DNA of 64,000 bases from an uncultured Lachnospiraceae bacterium. Its GTDB lineage: Bacteria > Bacillota > Clostridia > Lachnospirales > Lachnospiraceae. The position numbers were made by a program, and so were the translations under genes. The stretch spans positions 7,731 through 71,730 of the forward strand of contig CADBNF010000023.1 in the NCBI GenBank assembly GCA_902796005.1, given 5' to 3'. Positions 18,326-26,503 of the stretch are shown piece after piece. Within the stretch, counting starts at the first letter, position 1. Each line of letters begins with the position of its first letter. The notes under the pieces are model-generated. The model searched no databases. It was not told the origin of the DNA and saw only the letters and a program-made list of their open reading frames with translations.

Positions 18326-18793
18326 TCACCTCTCTTTTCTTCGTCTTACCGCGCCTGCTGCCGCGCATACGGCCAGTGCCAGGACGCTTCCCGTAAATAC
18401 ACCGGCAAAATCCAGCAGCACATCCGACACCGCCGGCCCCCTTCCGGAAAATATCTGCAGTATTTCATCCACCGCCGCCGCTGCAAGGCCGGACAACAGG
18501 GCCGCCGGCCAGGCGTAAAGCTTCCGCTTCTTCCCGCTCTTAAAGACAAGCAGCAGCTCGATGCCGAAAAGGGTATATTCCGAAAAATGCGCCAGCTTGC
18601 GCACCAGGTGCTCCGTAATGTTTTCACTGCCGAAAAGCAGGGACAAAAGCGGCCTGAAAAACTCCAGTACTGCCCCGCTTTCCCTGGCGGAATCCTGTCT
18701 GGACAGCAGTGACTGCCCCCAGATAAAGGCAAGGGTCAGCAGCAGAAGCACGATAAGCACTCTTCTTTTCACGGTTTGCTGTCTGTCCTTCAT
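18326..18793 (-). CDS. VanZ family membrane protein
   Basis: 155 aa, 4 predicted TM segments, RKLAHFSEYTLFG motif typical of VanZ-like proteins. 10-nt gap to the WYL gene. Confidence 0.8.
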   Translation of the reverse strand: MKDRQQTVKRRVLIVLLLLTLAFIWGQSLLSRQDSARESGAVLEFFRPLLSLLFGSENITEHLVRKLAHFSEYTLFGIELLLVFKSGKKRKLYAWPAALLSGLAAAAVDEILQIFSGRGPAVSDVLLDFAGVFTGSVLALAVCAAAGAVRRRKER

Positions 18794-18825
18794 CCGGTCT
18801 TTCCGCTCCCTTTCATTCTGATACG

Positions 18826-18854
18826 ATTATCGCACAGAAGCCGTGGAACCGCAA
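18826..18854 (-). promoter_or_regulatory. Putative SigA promoter for the vanZ-WYL-esterase operon
   Basis: Minus strand: TTGCGG (18849..18854), 17-nt spacer, TGcGATAAT extended -10 (-10 at 18826..18831). Confidence 0.45.
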
Positions 18855-19007
18855 GCCTGACCCGGCATAATCAAGGGCAGTTATCGGGACACTATTTCCG
18901 ATATACTCAAATTGTAACAAGGGGAAAACAATATTTTAAGCTTCCGGGAATCGGGGGATTTCCGAATAAGCTTTGGCCGGCAGCCGCCGGCAGATAAGGG
19001 GGGTATA

Positions 19008-19223
19008 ATGAATACACAGTTTCAGAACAGCAAAGAATTGAAAAGCATGATGCTGCTTTGTTTTGCCACATACGTCAGCCTGCACGGCTTTGCGCCGTCC
19101 GAAGGAGAGCTGAGCCAGATGACCGGCATCCGTCCCGGCCGGATCATCGGCAAATACCTGCGGGACCTGAAGGCCGAAGGCCTCATCCGGGACGATTACC
19201 GCACCCACCTACGGGCGGTGTGA
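19008..19223 (+). CDS. Small stand-alone winged-helix protein (LexA N-terminal DNA-binding-domain-like)
   Basis: 71 aa. AAGGGGGG SD. The pattern ...YVSLHGFAPSEGELSQMTGIRPGRIIGKYLRDLKAEGLIR... resembles the LexA wHTH domain but has no peptidase domain. A strong terminator follows. Confidence 0.6.
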   Translation: MNTQFQNSKELKSMMLLCFATYVSLHGFAPSEGELSQMTGIRPGRIIGKYLRDLKAEGLIRDDYRTHLRAV

Positions 19224-19238
19224 CTTACAGCTAAAATG

Positions 19239-19267
19239 AAAAGAACCCCTCCGGAAGGGGTTCTTTT
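19239..19267. terminator. Bidirectional rho-independent terminator (small wHTH gene / tRNA-Gly)
   Basis: 9-bp stem AGAACCCCT / AGGGGTTCT (19242..19250 / 19256..19264) with A-run and T-run flanks. Confidence 0.8.
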
Positions 19268-19271
19268 AAAC

Positions 19272-19342
19272 AGCAGGATACGGGAATCGAACCCGCCTCA
19301 CCGGCTTGGGAAGCCGGTGTACTACCGATGTACTAATCCTGC
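19272..19342 (-). tRNA. tRNA-Gly (anticodon CCC)
   Basis: Cloverleaf read by eye: acceptor GCAGGAT/ATCCTGC, D arm GTAC/GTAC, anticodon stem CCGGC/GCCGG with loop TTCCCAA, T arm GCGGG-TTCGATT-CCCGT, discriminator U, no encoded CCA. 71 nt. Confidence 0.9.
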
Positions 19343-19353
19343 GGACAAAGGCT

Positions 19354-19382
19354 ATTGTACACGCCTGCGGGCCATCTGTCAA
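19354..19382 (-). promoter_or_regulatory. Promoter of tRNA-Gly
   Basis: Minus strand: TTGACA (19377..19382), 17-nt spacer, TACAAT (19354..19359). The tRNA 5' end lies 11 nt downstream of the -10. Confidence 0.65.
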
Positions 19383-19393
19383 TAAAAGCAGGG

Positions 19394-19447
19394 AAAAAAG
19401 GAGAACCGGACGGGGATGGAAGCTCACCCGCAGGGTTCTCCTTTTTA
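19394..19447 (-). terminator. Rho-independent terminator after the MBL-hydrolase operon
   Basis: AGGAGAACC / GGTTCTCCT stem (19399..19407 / 19434..19442) with a structured loop, followed on the minus strand by TTTTTT. Confidence 0.65.
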
Positions 19448-19459
19448 TCTGCAGAAATT

Positions 19460-20086
19460 TTAATTCTGGTTCTGCGGTTTCAGGACAACGATCCGCGCCG
19501 CATAGTCCAGGTCGGTATCCAGGGTGCTGTAGGGGCATTCCTGTACCGCGTCCTCCGTCATGGTGAAGCGGTCAACCGTGTCGATCACATCAAAGCCGAA
19601 GGAATCGCTGCGGTAATGCATCGGTATAACAACCTTCGGATTCAGTTGGCGGACCACCTCCGCGGCCTGGCTGTAATCGATGGTAAAGAAGCCGCCCACG
19701 GGAATCATCAGTACGTCCGCATCTTTAAGCTTCTCCTGCTGCTCTTCCGTCAGCGGACAGCCCAGATCGCCCAGATGCACCGCTTTCTTGCCGTCCTGCA
19801 GGGAGGTCAGTATGTGAATCCGGTTGGGTCCTCTTTTTGCACCCTGCTCATCGTCATGGAAGGTATCCACGCAGTCGATTGTAAAGGGACAGTCGGCCCC
19901 TTCGGTAATCTTTACATTGCCCCGGGCATTGTGGTCCCCGTGCTCGTGGCTGCACAGCACCAGCTGAGCGGTTTCGTCAACGTTTGCCAATCCGGGTACC
20001 GAGCCGTTCTCATAGGGATCCAGAACCACGGCATAGCCGTTCTCTTCAATACGGAAGCAGGCATGTCCGATCCAGGTTACTTTCAT
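19460..20086 (-). CDS. MBL-fold metal-dependent hydrolase (UPF0173-like)
   Basis: 208 aa. MKVTWIGHACFRIEENG ... LCSHEHGDHN metal-binding motif. ATGA overlap with the upstream gene. Confidence 0.8.
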   Translation of the reverse strand: MKVTWIGHACFRIEENGYAVVLDPYENGSVPGLANVDETAQLVLCSHEHGDHNARGNVKITEGADCPFTIDCVDTFHDDEQGAKRGPNRIHILTSLQDGKKAVHLGDLGCPLTEEQQEKLKDADVLMIPVGGFFTIDYSQAAEVVRQLNPKVVIPMHYRSDSFGFDVIDTVDRFTMTEDAVQECPYSTLDTDLDYAARIVVLKPQNQN

Positions 20087-21435
20087 TTTCTTCTCTCCTT
20101 TGCCTTTTCCAGGACTTTCTTGTAGGGCATATACATGCCTTCGTTGATTTTTCCGCCGATTTTCTTCTGTATTTTCGGGTTGGCGAACATGCCGCCCACC
20201 AGATACATGGCCATCATCATTCCCCGCTTTTTCTGCGGGAAATCATACTGGTTATGCGCTTTATAGAATCTGTGATCCGCCTTCATCAGTCCCTGCATCA
20301 GCCAGATGAGATCCCGGAAGATCTTCATGCCGCCGACGCCCAGGAAATTCGCAGGCTGGGTATATTTGTGTTCGATGGCGTAGGCAAGCCGTTTCGCCAC
20401 GGTCCGGATTGCCTCCCCGGGATCCTTCTCATCGGTGGCCACCCCCGCCAGGAAGTTGCCGCCCACCTGGGCCCTGCCCTCCACCACCATGCGCAGGTTG
20501 GTTTCGTGGCTGTAGCTGCCGCTTACCAGATAGGCAAAGGGCATGCCCATGGTCACCGTGCGGTGGCCGTTGCAGAACTGCCGGTCATCATACAGCTTGA
20601 ACCGGCTGCCCATGGAATGGTCTTTGATGGAAAAGGCGATTACCGTTGCCTGGGTGTTCTGGATTTCTCCCCGGAGCATCTCCTGGAAGCCGTCCCTGTA
20701 AATACACTCTCCCTTCGGCGCGCAGTGGAAGCAGCTGATGCACCCGCCGGCAAAGGGGAAATCATGAATATTGACCACCCGGGTTTTCAGCGGAAAGACG
20801 CTCCGGAAATAAGCAATCATGTCGGAAAGCTGTTTGTCCTCCGGGGCGAGGTCCGTAAGGATGACCACATCCCCCGGCTTCTCCTCTGTCAAATCCTCCG
20901 CCTCCGGCACCGGCATATGCGCCGGTTCGGGTACCGGTTCCGGCACAGGTTCGTGGACGTCCTCCTTCATGCACCAGCAGACATAGTCAAAAAAGTCTTC
21001 CGCTTCCTTTTGCCCCTTTTCCTTCGTGAGATCATCCATATCCGCGCTTAAGCCCCGGACATATTTCAGTCCAAGGTCGAAGCAGTTGTCCCGGATGAAA
21101 TTGTGGGCCGTAATATCATAAAAATGCTTGGAGGTGGAAAACTGGGTGGCAAATTTTCCTGCGATATCCGGTTTATTTTCCTTGATGAGCTCAATAAACC
21201 GGTGCAGCTGGGCGGGAACGATGAAGGTATACACCGGATAACAGAAAAGGATCAGGTCCGCCCTTTCCAGTGCCTCCTTTGCCGGGGCGAAATCCTTCTC
21301 ATAGCTTCTGTAACGCTGTCCCACGGGAAGCACCTCAAAGGTGTGTTCCGGGTGCAGTATTTCAAGATATCTGACTGTGGCCAGGGTACTGCTGTATTCT
21401 CCTTTCGGACTTCCGTTTAAGACCAGAATACGCAT
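20083..21435 (-). CDS. Two-domain flavodoxin-like-fold NAD(P)H-dependent oxidoreductase / Fe-S flavoprotein-like
   Basis: 450 aa. N-terminal MRILVLNGSPKG...FCYPVY (FMN-reductase type), a Pro/Glu linker HEPVPEPVPEPAHMPVPEAE, then a second domain with GGCISCFHCAPKGEC. Confidence 0.65.
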   Translation of the reverse strand: MRILVLNGSPKGEYSSTLATVRYLEILHPEHTFEVLPVGQRYRSYEKDFAPAKEALERADLILFCYPVYTFIVPAQLHRFIELIKENKPDIAGKFATQFSTSKHFYDITAHNFIRDNCFDLGLKYVRGLSADMDDLTKEKGQKEAEDFFDYVCWCMKEDVHEPVPEPVPEPAHMPVPEAEDLTEEKPGDVVILTDLAPEDKQLSDMIAYFRSVFPLKTRVVNIHDFPFAGGCISCFHCAPKGECIYRDGFQEMLRGEIQNTQATVIAFSIKDHSMGSRFKLYDDRQFCNGHRTVTMGMPFAYLVSGSYSHETNLRMVVEGRAQVGGNFLAGVATDEKDPGEAIRTVAKRLAYAIEHKYTQPANFLGVGGMKIFRDLIWLMQGLMKADHRFYKAHNQYDFPQKKRGMMMAMYLVGGMFANPKIQKKIGGKINEGMYMPYKKVLEKAKERRK

Positions 21436-21450
21436 AATCGTCCTCCTGTG

Positions 21451-21945
21451 TTAATGATTTGACCTTTCAATCGGCTCCATCCCGAGCCAGTACCGGATCG
21501 CCTCTTCATTCAGGTTGTTGCCATCATAGCACCCGTGAATCTTCCCTGCACCGTTTTTCCGGAGATAATCAACGATTTTCTTCGGCATCTTCTTCGAGCT
21601 GTAGGTACAGCAGGGATAGATTTCCTTATCCCGGAGGATTTCCCTATACGTATCGAAAAAGGTCAGGATAAGGTTCGGGCAGACGCCGGCCCAGATGGGA
21701 AAAGCCAGAAGTATTCTATCATATTTTTCGGGAGAAAGCACCGGGGTTTTCATCGCCGGACGGATTCCCTTTCGTTTTTCCTTAAGGGCTTCCCCGACAC
21801 AGGAAAACCAGTTTTCGGGATAGGGTGTTTCCGGCTCCAGGGCACAGACCGGCGCGTCAAGCAGAAGGCCGATGTGCCGGGCCAGGGCTTTGGTATTGCC
21901 CGTCCGGGAAAAATACAGGATAAGGAGCTTGTCTGTCTTTGCCAT
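21451..21945 (-). CDS. Flavodoxin family protein
   Basis: 164 aa. LILYFSRTGNTKALARH FMN-binding loop. Confidence 0.8.
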   Translation of the reverse strand: MAKTDKLLILYFSRTGNTKALARHIGLLLDAPVCALEPETPYPENWFSCVGEALKEKRKGIRPAMKTPVLSPEKYDRILLAFPIWAGVCPNLILTFFDTYREILRDKEIYPCCTYSSKKMPKKIVDYLRKNGAGKIHGCYDGNNLNEEAIRYWLGMEPIERSNH

Positions 21946-21977
21946 AGGGAGTTCTCTCTTATTTTTCAGTGTGTTGT

Positions 21978-22013
21978 AAAACAGGCGCCTTTAGTAAGGC
22001 GCCTGGTACTGTT
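21978..22013 (-). terminator. Rho-independent terminator after the marR-ABC-ABC operon
   Basis: CAGGCGCC / GGCGCCTG stem (21982..21989 / 21998..22005), followed on the minus strand by TTTTAC. Confidence 0.6.
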
Positions 22014-22019
22014 TAGCGG

Positions 22020-24014
22020 TTATGCCGGTTCGGGAGAAGGATTCTGTTCCCCGTCCGCAATAGAGGAAACATCCGCCCTGGAAGCTTCCACAGCCTCCGG
22101 CTCTTCCTCGCTCTTCGGCTTCTTGCCGGTGTACAGCTGGTAATATCTTCCGCCGAGCTCAATCAGCTGGTCATGGGTGCCGCGCTCGATAATGTGGCCG
22201 TTTTCCATAACCATGATGGCGTTGGCATTGTGAATGGTGGAAAGCCTGTGGGCAATGACGAAGTTGGTTCTGCCCTTCATCAGGCTGTCCATGCCCTCCT
22301 GGACAATCCGCTCGGTACGGGTATCGATGGAGCTTGTTGCTTCATCCAGAATCAGTACAGGCGGATCCGCCACGGCTGCCCGGGCGATGGACAGGAGCTG
22401 TCTTTCACCCTGGGAAAGCTGCTGACCGTTGCCGGTAAGCATGGTATCGTAACCGTTCTCCAGACGGCGGATAAAGCCGTCGGCGTTGGCAACCTTCGCC
22501 GCTTCCACGATTTCCTCATCTGTCGCATCCAGGCGGCCGAAACGGATATTGTCTGCCACCGTACCGGTAAAGAGGTTGACCTCCTGCAGCACCATGCCCA
22601 GGGATTTCCTTAAATCGGCCTTCTTGATCTTCATGATATTGATGCCGTCATAGCGGATCTTGCCGTCGGTGATGTCGTAGAACCGGTTAATCAGGTTGGT
22701 AATGGTGGTTTTGCCCGCGCCGGTGGAGCCGACGAAGGCAATCTTATGTCCGGGCTTCGCATACAGGGAAATGTCGTAAAGCACCTGCCGCTCCGGGATA
22801 TAGGCAAAGTCCACGTCCTCGAACCGCACGTCGCCCTTCAGCTCGATATATTCAGTAATGCCGGAGGTCTTGTGGGGGTATTTCCATGCCCACAGGCCGG
22901 TTCTTTCCGTTGCTTCGGAAAGGGTGCCGTCTTCGTTACGCACGGCGTTGACCAGGGTGACATAGCCGTCGTCCACCTCGGGCTTCTCATCCAGCATATT
23001 GAAGATACGTTCCGCGCCGGCCATAGCCATAACGATGGAGTTCAGCTGCTGGGAAACCTGGCTGATGGGCATGTTGAAGTTACGGTTGAAGGTCAGGAAG
23101 CTGGCCAGGGTACCGATGGTAAGACCGGTAATGCCGGAGAAGGCCAGGGCGCCGCCGACAACCGCGCAGAGCACGTAGCTGACCTGGCCCAGCTGTGCGT
23201 TGATGGGCATCATGATGCTGGCGAAGGTATGGGCTCTGACGGAGCTGGTGTACATGTCGTCGTTGATCTTCTCAAACTGGTCGAGGGTTTCTTCCTCATG
23301 ACAGAATACCTTGACGACCTTCTGGCCGGTCATGGTTTCTTCCACGAAACCGTTGAGCTTTGCCGTATTGGCCTGCAGGCCGACAAAGTTCTTCATGGAC
23401 AGCCCGGAAACCTTCTTGGTGATGAAAAGCATGATGATAACCATGCCTACGGTCACGCCGGTAAGGGGCAGGCTCAGTTTGATCATGGTAATAAATACGG
23501 TAACGATGGTAATCGCCGAGTTCAGCACCTGGATGATACTCTGGCTGATCATCTGCCTTAAGGTATCGATGTCGTTGGTGTATAACGACATGATCTCGCC
23601 GTGGGTACGGGAGTCGAAATACCGTAAGGGCAGCTTCTCCATGTGTGTAAACATATCATTACGCAGCCTGCGAAGAACGCCCTGGCTGACGTAGATCATG
23701 ATACGCTCTCTGGTGAAGTTGGCGGCTATACCCAGAAGGTAGAAGCCGGCAACCCGGGTAATGGCGCCTAAGAGAGGCCCGAAATCAGGATTCGCCTGGC
23801 CAATCATCGGCATGATGTAGGAGTCGATCAGTGTTCTGGTGAACAGGGTTCCCTGTACATTGCAGAGCACGCCGACAATGATGCAGACGAAGACGATGAT
23901 GTACTGGATACCGTAGTATCTGAAAATGTACTTTAAAAGTCTCGCCAAGATTTTCGAAGGTTTTTCCTTGCTTCGTTCAAAAGGATTTCTTCCTCTGGGT
24001 CCCGGTCCCGGCAT
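22020..24014 (-). CDS. ABC transporter ATP-binding/permease fusion (type I exporter half-transporter)
   Basis: 664 aa. 6-TM domain followed by Walker A GSTGAGKTT, signature LSQGERQ and Walker B LILDEATS. ATGA overlap with the upstream partner. Confidence 0.9.
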   Translation of the reverse strand: MPGPGPRGRNPFERSKEKPSKILARLLKYIFRYYGIQYIIVFVCIIVGVLCNVQGTLFTRTLIDSYIMPMIGQANPDFGPLLGAITRVAGFYLLGIAANFTRERIMIYVSQGVLRRLRNDMFTHMEKLPLRYFDSRTHGEIMSLYTNDIDTLRQMISQSIIQVLNSAITIVTVFITMIKLSLPLTGVTVGMVIIMLFITKKVSGLSMKNFVGLQANTAKLNGFVEETMTGQKVVKVFCHEEETLDQFEKINDDMYTSSVRAHTFASIMMPINAQLGQVSYVLCAVVGGALAFSGITGLTIGTLASFLTFNRNFNMPISQVSQQLNSIVMAMAGAERIFNMLDEKPEVDDGYVTLVNAVRNEDGTLSEATERTGLWAWKYPHKTSGITEYIELKGDVRFEDVDFAYIPERQVLYDISLYAKPGHKIAFVGSTGAGKTTITNLINRFYDITDGKIRYDGINIMKIKKADLRKSLGMVLQEVNLFTGTVADNIRFGRLDATDEEIVEAAKVANADGFIRRLENGYDTMLTGNGQQLSQGERQLLSIARAAVADPPVLILDEATSSIDTRTERIVQEGMDSLMKGRTNFVIAHRLSTIHNANAIMVMENGHIIERGTHDQLIELGGRYYQLYTGKKPKSEEEPEAVEASRADVSSIADGEQNPSPEPA

Positions 24015-25765
24015 CAGTCTTCACCTCCGTTCTCATCAAAGTCACCGCTTCCGCGCTGCTGGGATTCATATACTTCACGATAGATTTCATTGTTCTTAAG
24101 CAGATTCTCGTGACTGTCGAAGCCGTCAATACGGCCGTCGTCCAGAACGATAATCTTGTCTGCGTGCTGCACACTGGAAATACGCTGGGCAATGATAATC
24201 TTGGTCGTATCCGGAATGTTTTCCGCAAAGGCTTTCCGGATGTTGGCCTCCGTCGCCGTATCCACGGCGCTGGTGGAGTCATCCAGAATCAGTACCTTCG
24301 GATGCTTCAGCAGAGCCCTGGCAATACACAGTCTCTGCTTCTGTCCGCCGGAAACGTTGGTGCCGCCCTGCTCAATCTTCGTATCGTACTTGTCGGGCAT
24401 TTTCTCGATGAATTCACTGGCGCAGGCCTGGTCACAGGCTGCCTTGACCTGCTCCAGCGTGGCGTCCTTGTCACCCCAGCGCAGGTTCTCCAGGATGGTT
24501 CCGGAAAACAGCACGTTGTTCTGCAGGACCACGGAAACCATATTTCTTAAGGTTTCGATATCATAGTCCCGGACATCCACGCCGCCGACCTTAACCGACC
24601 CCTCGTCCACATCGTACAGACGTGAGATCATGCTGACAAGGGTGGATTTTGCGGAACCGGTACCGCCGATGATGCCGATAGTCGCCCCGGAGGGGATCTC
24701 CAGACTGACATGCTGCAGTACGGGCTTCTCGCTCCCCTTGTGGTAACTGAAGACCACGTCCTCAAAGCTGATGCTGCCGTCCTTCACTTCATAAACCGGG
24801 CTCTCCGGATTGGAGAGGTCGCTCTTCTCATCCAGCACTTCGCAGACACGGCCGGCTGCTGCGGCAGACATGGAAATCATAACGAAAACCATACCCACCA
24901 TCATGATGCTCATGAGGATGTTCATGCAGTAGGTCAGAAGGCTCATCAGCTCACCGGTGGTCAGGGTATTGGAGATAATGTGATGGGCGCCGAACCAGCT
25001 GACCAGCAGAATACAGGCATAGACTACAAACTGCATGATGGGCATCTGGAATGTGGTGATTCCTTCTGCCTTAATGAACAGCTTATAGATATTTCCGGAA
25101 GCTTTTTTTACTTTTTCCGTTTCATAATCTTCCCGGACAAAGGCCTTGACCACGCGGATACCGTTCACGTTTTCCTGGATACTGGCATTCAAGTCATCGT
25201 ATTTCGGGAAGGTCTGACGGAAGTATTTCAGGGCCAGGGTCATGATGACGGCAATGGCTACGATAAGGAGGGCCACACCACCCAGGAAGATCAGGGACAG
25301 CCTGGGACTGATGCGGAAGCAGAATACCATGGCGATAATCATGGAGAAAGGCGCACGCACCAGCATACGCATCATCATCATAAAGGCCATCATGATGTTC
25401 TGCACGTCCGTGGTCAGCCTGGTAACCAGGGATGCGGTACTGAACCTGTCAATATTGGAAAATGAGAAGGTCTGGATATTCTTGAATTCCGCAAACCTTA
25501 AGTTTTTGGCAAAACCGGAGGCGGCAATCGCGCCGAACCGGCCGGAAAGGATACCGGTCAGCAGACCCAGGACAGCCATCAGGACCATGAGCCAGCCCAT
25601 CTTGATGATGTGGTCCATGTTGCCGGCGTTGACGCCTTTGTCCACCAGCGAAGCCATGAAGGTGGGAATGAACATATCCACCACGACTTCAGCCAGGGTG
25701 AAGAGGGGGGTAAGGATGGCATACTTCTTGTACTCCCCTACATATTTGACGAGTTTCTTAATCAT
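24014..25765 (-). CDS. ABC transporter ATP-binding/permease fusion (heterodimer partner)
   Basis: 583 aa. Walker A GGTGSAKST, signature VSGGQKQR, Walker B LILDDSTS. Confidence 0.9.
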   Translation of the reverse strand: MIKKLVKYVGEYKKYAILTPLFTLAEVVVDMFIPTFMASLVDKGVNAGNMDHIIKMGWLMVLMAVLGLLTGILSGRFGAIAASGFAKNLRFAEFKNIQTFSFSNIDRFSTASLVTRLTTDVQNIMMAFMMMMRMLVRAPFSMIIAMVFCFRISPRLSLIFLGGVALLIVAIAVIMTLALKYFRQTFPKYDDLNASIQENVNGIRVVKAFVREDYETEKVKKASGNIYKLFIKAEGITTFQMPIMQFVVYACILLVSWFGAHHIISNTLTTGELMSLLTYCMNILMSIMMVGMVFVMISMSAAAAGRVCEVLDEKSDLSNPESPVYEVKDGSISFEDVVFSYHKGSEKPVLQHVSLEIPSGATIGIIGGTGSAKSTLVSMISRLYDVDEGSVKVGGVDVRDYDIETLRNMVSVVLQNNVLFSGTILENLRWGDKDATLEQVKAACDQACASEFIEKMPDKYDTKIEQGGTNVSGGQKQRLCIARALLKHPKVLILDDSTSAVDTATEANIRKAFAENIPDTTKIIIAQRISSVQHADKIIVLDDGRIDGFDSHENLLKNNEIYREVYESQQRGSGDFDENGGED

Positions 25766-26231
25766 TCGATTCCTCCTGCTGTGTCTTTATGTTCTCCTTG
25801 ATTTTTTCGATTACCTCGAAAAAAATATCCAGCTTTTCGTCCTCGATGCCCTGAAGGGTCTCTTCTGTCATCTGGTTGGTCATTCTGTCCATGACCTCGT
25901 AGAAATCTCTTCCCTTGTCAAGCAGCACCAGCCTTTTCAGGCGGCTGTCATGCTCTACGGACTCCCGCCGGATGTAACCCTTCTTCTCCATTATCTGAAG
26001 AACGTTGGTTACGGTGGATCTGCGGATGCCGAACACCTGCTCCAGATCCTTCTGAAAAATGTCCTTGTCCTCATTCTTGTAGAGAAAAGCGATAACCCAG
26101 CCGTGCATGACGGTCATTTCGTCAAGACCGCATTTCTTGACGTGGTGGTCCATATTTCTCTGCAGCATATTGGACAGAGACCTGATTTCGATGCCAAACC
26201 TTTTATTTCTGTCTAAGTCCGGCTCCTTCAA
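25758..26231 (-). CDS. MarR family transcriptional regulator
   Basis: 157 aa. wHTH core (...QKDLEQVFGIRRSTVTNVLQIMEKKGYIRRE...DSRLKRL). TTG start preceded by AGGAGG. 8-nt overlap with the first ABC gene. Confidence 0.85.
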   Translation of the reverse strand: MKEPDLDRNKRFGIEIRSLSNMLQRNMDHHVKKCGLDEMTVMHGWVIAFLYKNEDKDIFQKDLEQVFGIRRSTVTNVLQIMEKKGYIRRESVEHDSRLKRLVLLDKGRDFYEVMDRMTNQMTEETLQGIEDEKLDIFFEVIEKIKENIKTQQEESND

Positions 26232-26256
26232 AATGACCTCCTTTCCGTACCCTCGT

Positions 26257-26331
26257 ATTGTTCAGTCTCAAATTGTTCGCCTTCGGACTGTTTCGCTTCG
26301 GACTGTTCGAGTTCAAACAATTCAATTTCAA
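26257..26331 (-). repeat. Five exactly phased 15-bp degenerate tandem repeats in the marR-ABC leader/operator
   Basis: Plus-strand units: attgttcagtctcaa / attgttcgccttcgg / actgtttcgcttcgg / actgttcgagttcaa / acaattcaatttcaa. A sixth partial unit runs into the -10. Consensus AYTGTTCGNNTTCRR. Confidence 0.8.
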
Positions 26332-26333
26332 AC

Positions 26334-26361
26334 ATTATACCACCGTAACGCAGAATGTCAA
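26334..26361 (-). promoter_or_regulatory. Near-consensus SigA promoter of marR-ABC-ABC
   Basis: Minus strand: TTGACA (26356..26361), 16-nt spacer, TGgTATAAT extended -10 (-10 at 26334..26339). Confidence 0.7.
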
Positions 26362-26407
26362 CACAATATACGCACTTTATTGGACCTCATATTCGTTCTT
26401 TATATAC

Positions 26408-26449
26408 TAAAAAGAAGCGTCCCCGCTTCCGGCAGACGCTTCTCTTTTT
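26408..26449 (-). terminator. Rho-independent terminator after recO (hairpin has runs on both sides)
   Basis: AGAAGCGTC / GACGCTTCT stem (26413..26421 / 26435..26443) with flanking A5 and T5 runs. Confidence 0.75.
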
Positions 26450-26503
26450 GTTCCTGTTTCATTATCATCCCTCCTGAAGGAAAGGAACCCCGCAAAAGGC
26501 ACC

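Noticed and set aside
19272-19342. tRNA-Gly (and tRNA-Ala at 51947..52019) as integration sites of mobile elements.
   Set aside because: There is no integrase, recombinase or phage gene nearby. I saw no direct repeat of the tRNA 3' ends by eye (not searched exhaustively), and there is no obvious compositional break.
20896-20955. The PVPEP repeat as a cell-wall-spanning or collagen-like domain.
   Set aside because: It is only ~20 residues long, sits between two cytoplasmic flavodoxin-fold domains, and the protein has no signal peptide. It is most simply a flexible linker.
26257-26331. The 15-bp tandem array as a CRISPR or minisatellite.
   Set aside because: The units are contiguous with no spacers, far shorter than CRISPR repeats, and there are no cas genes. 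Their position between a -10 and an SD points to a regulatory role.
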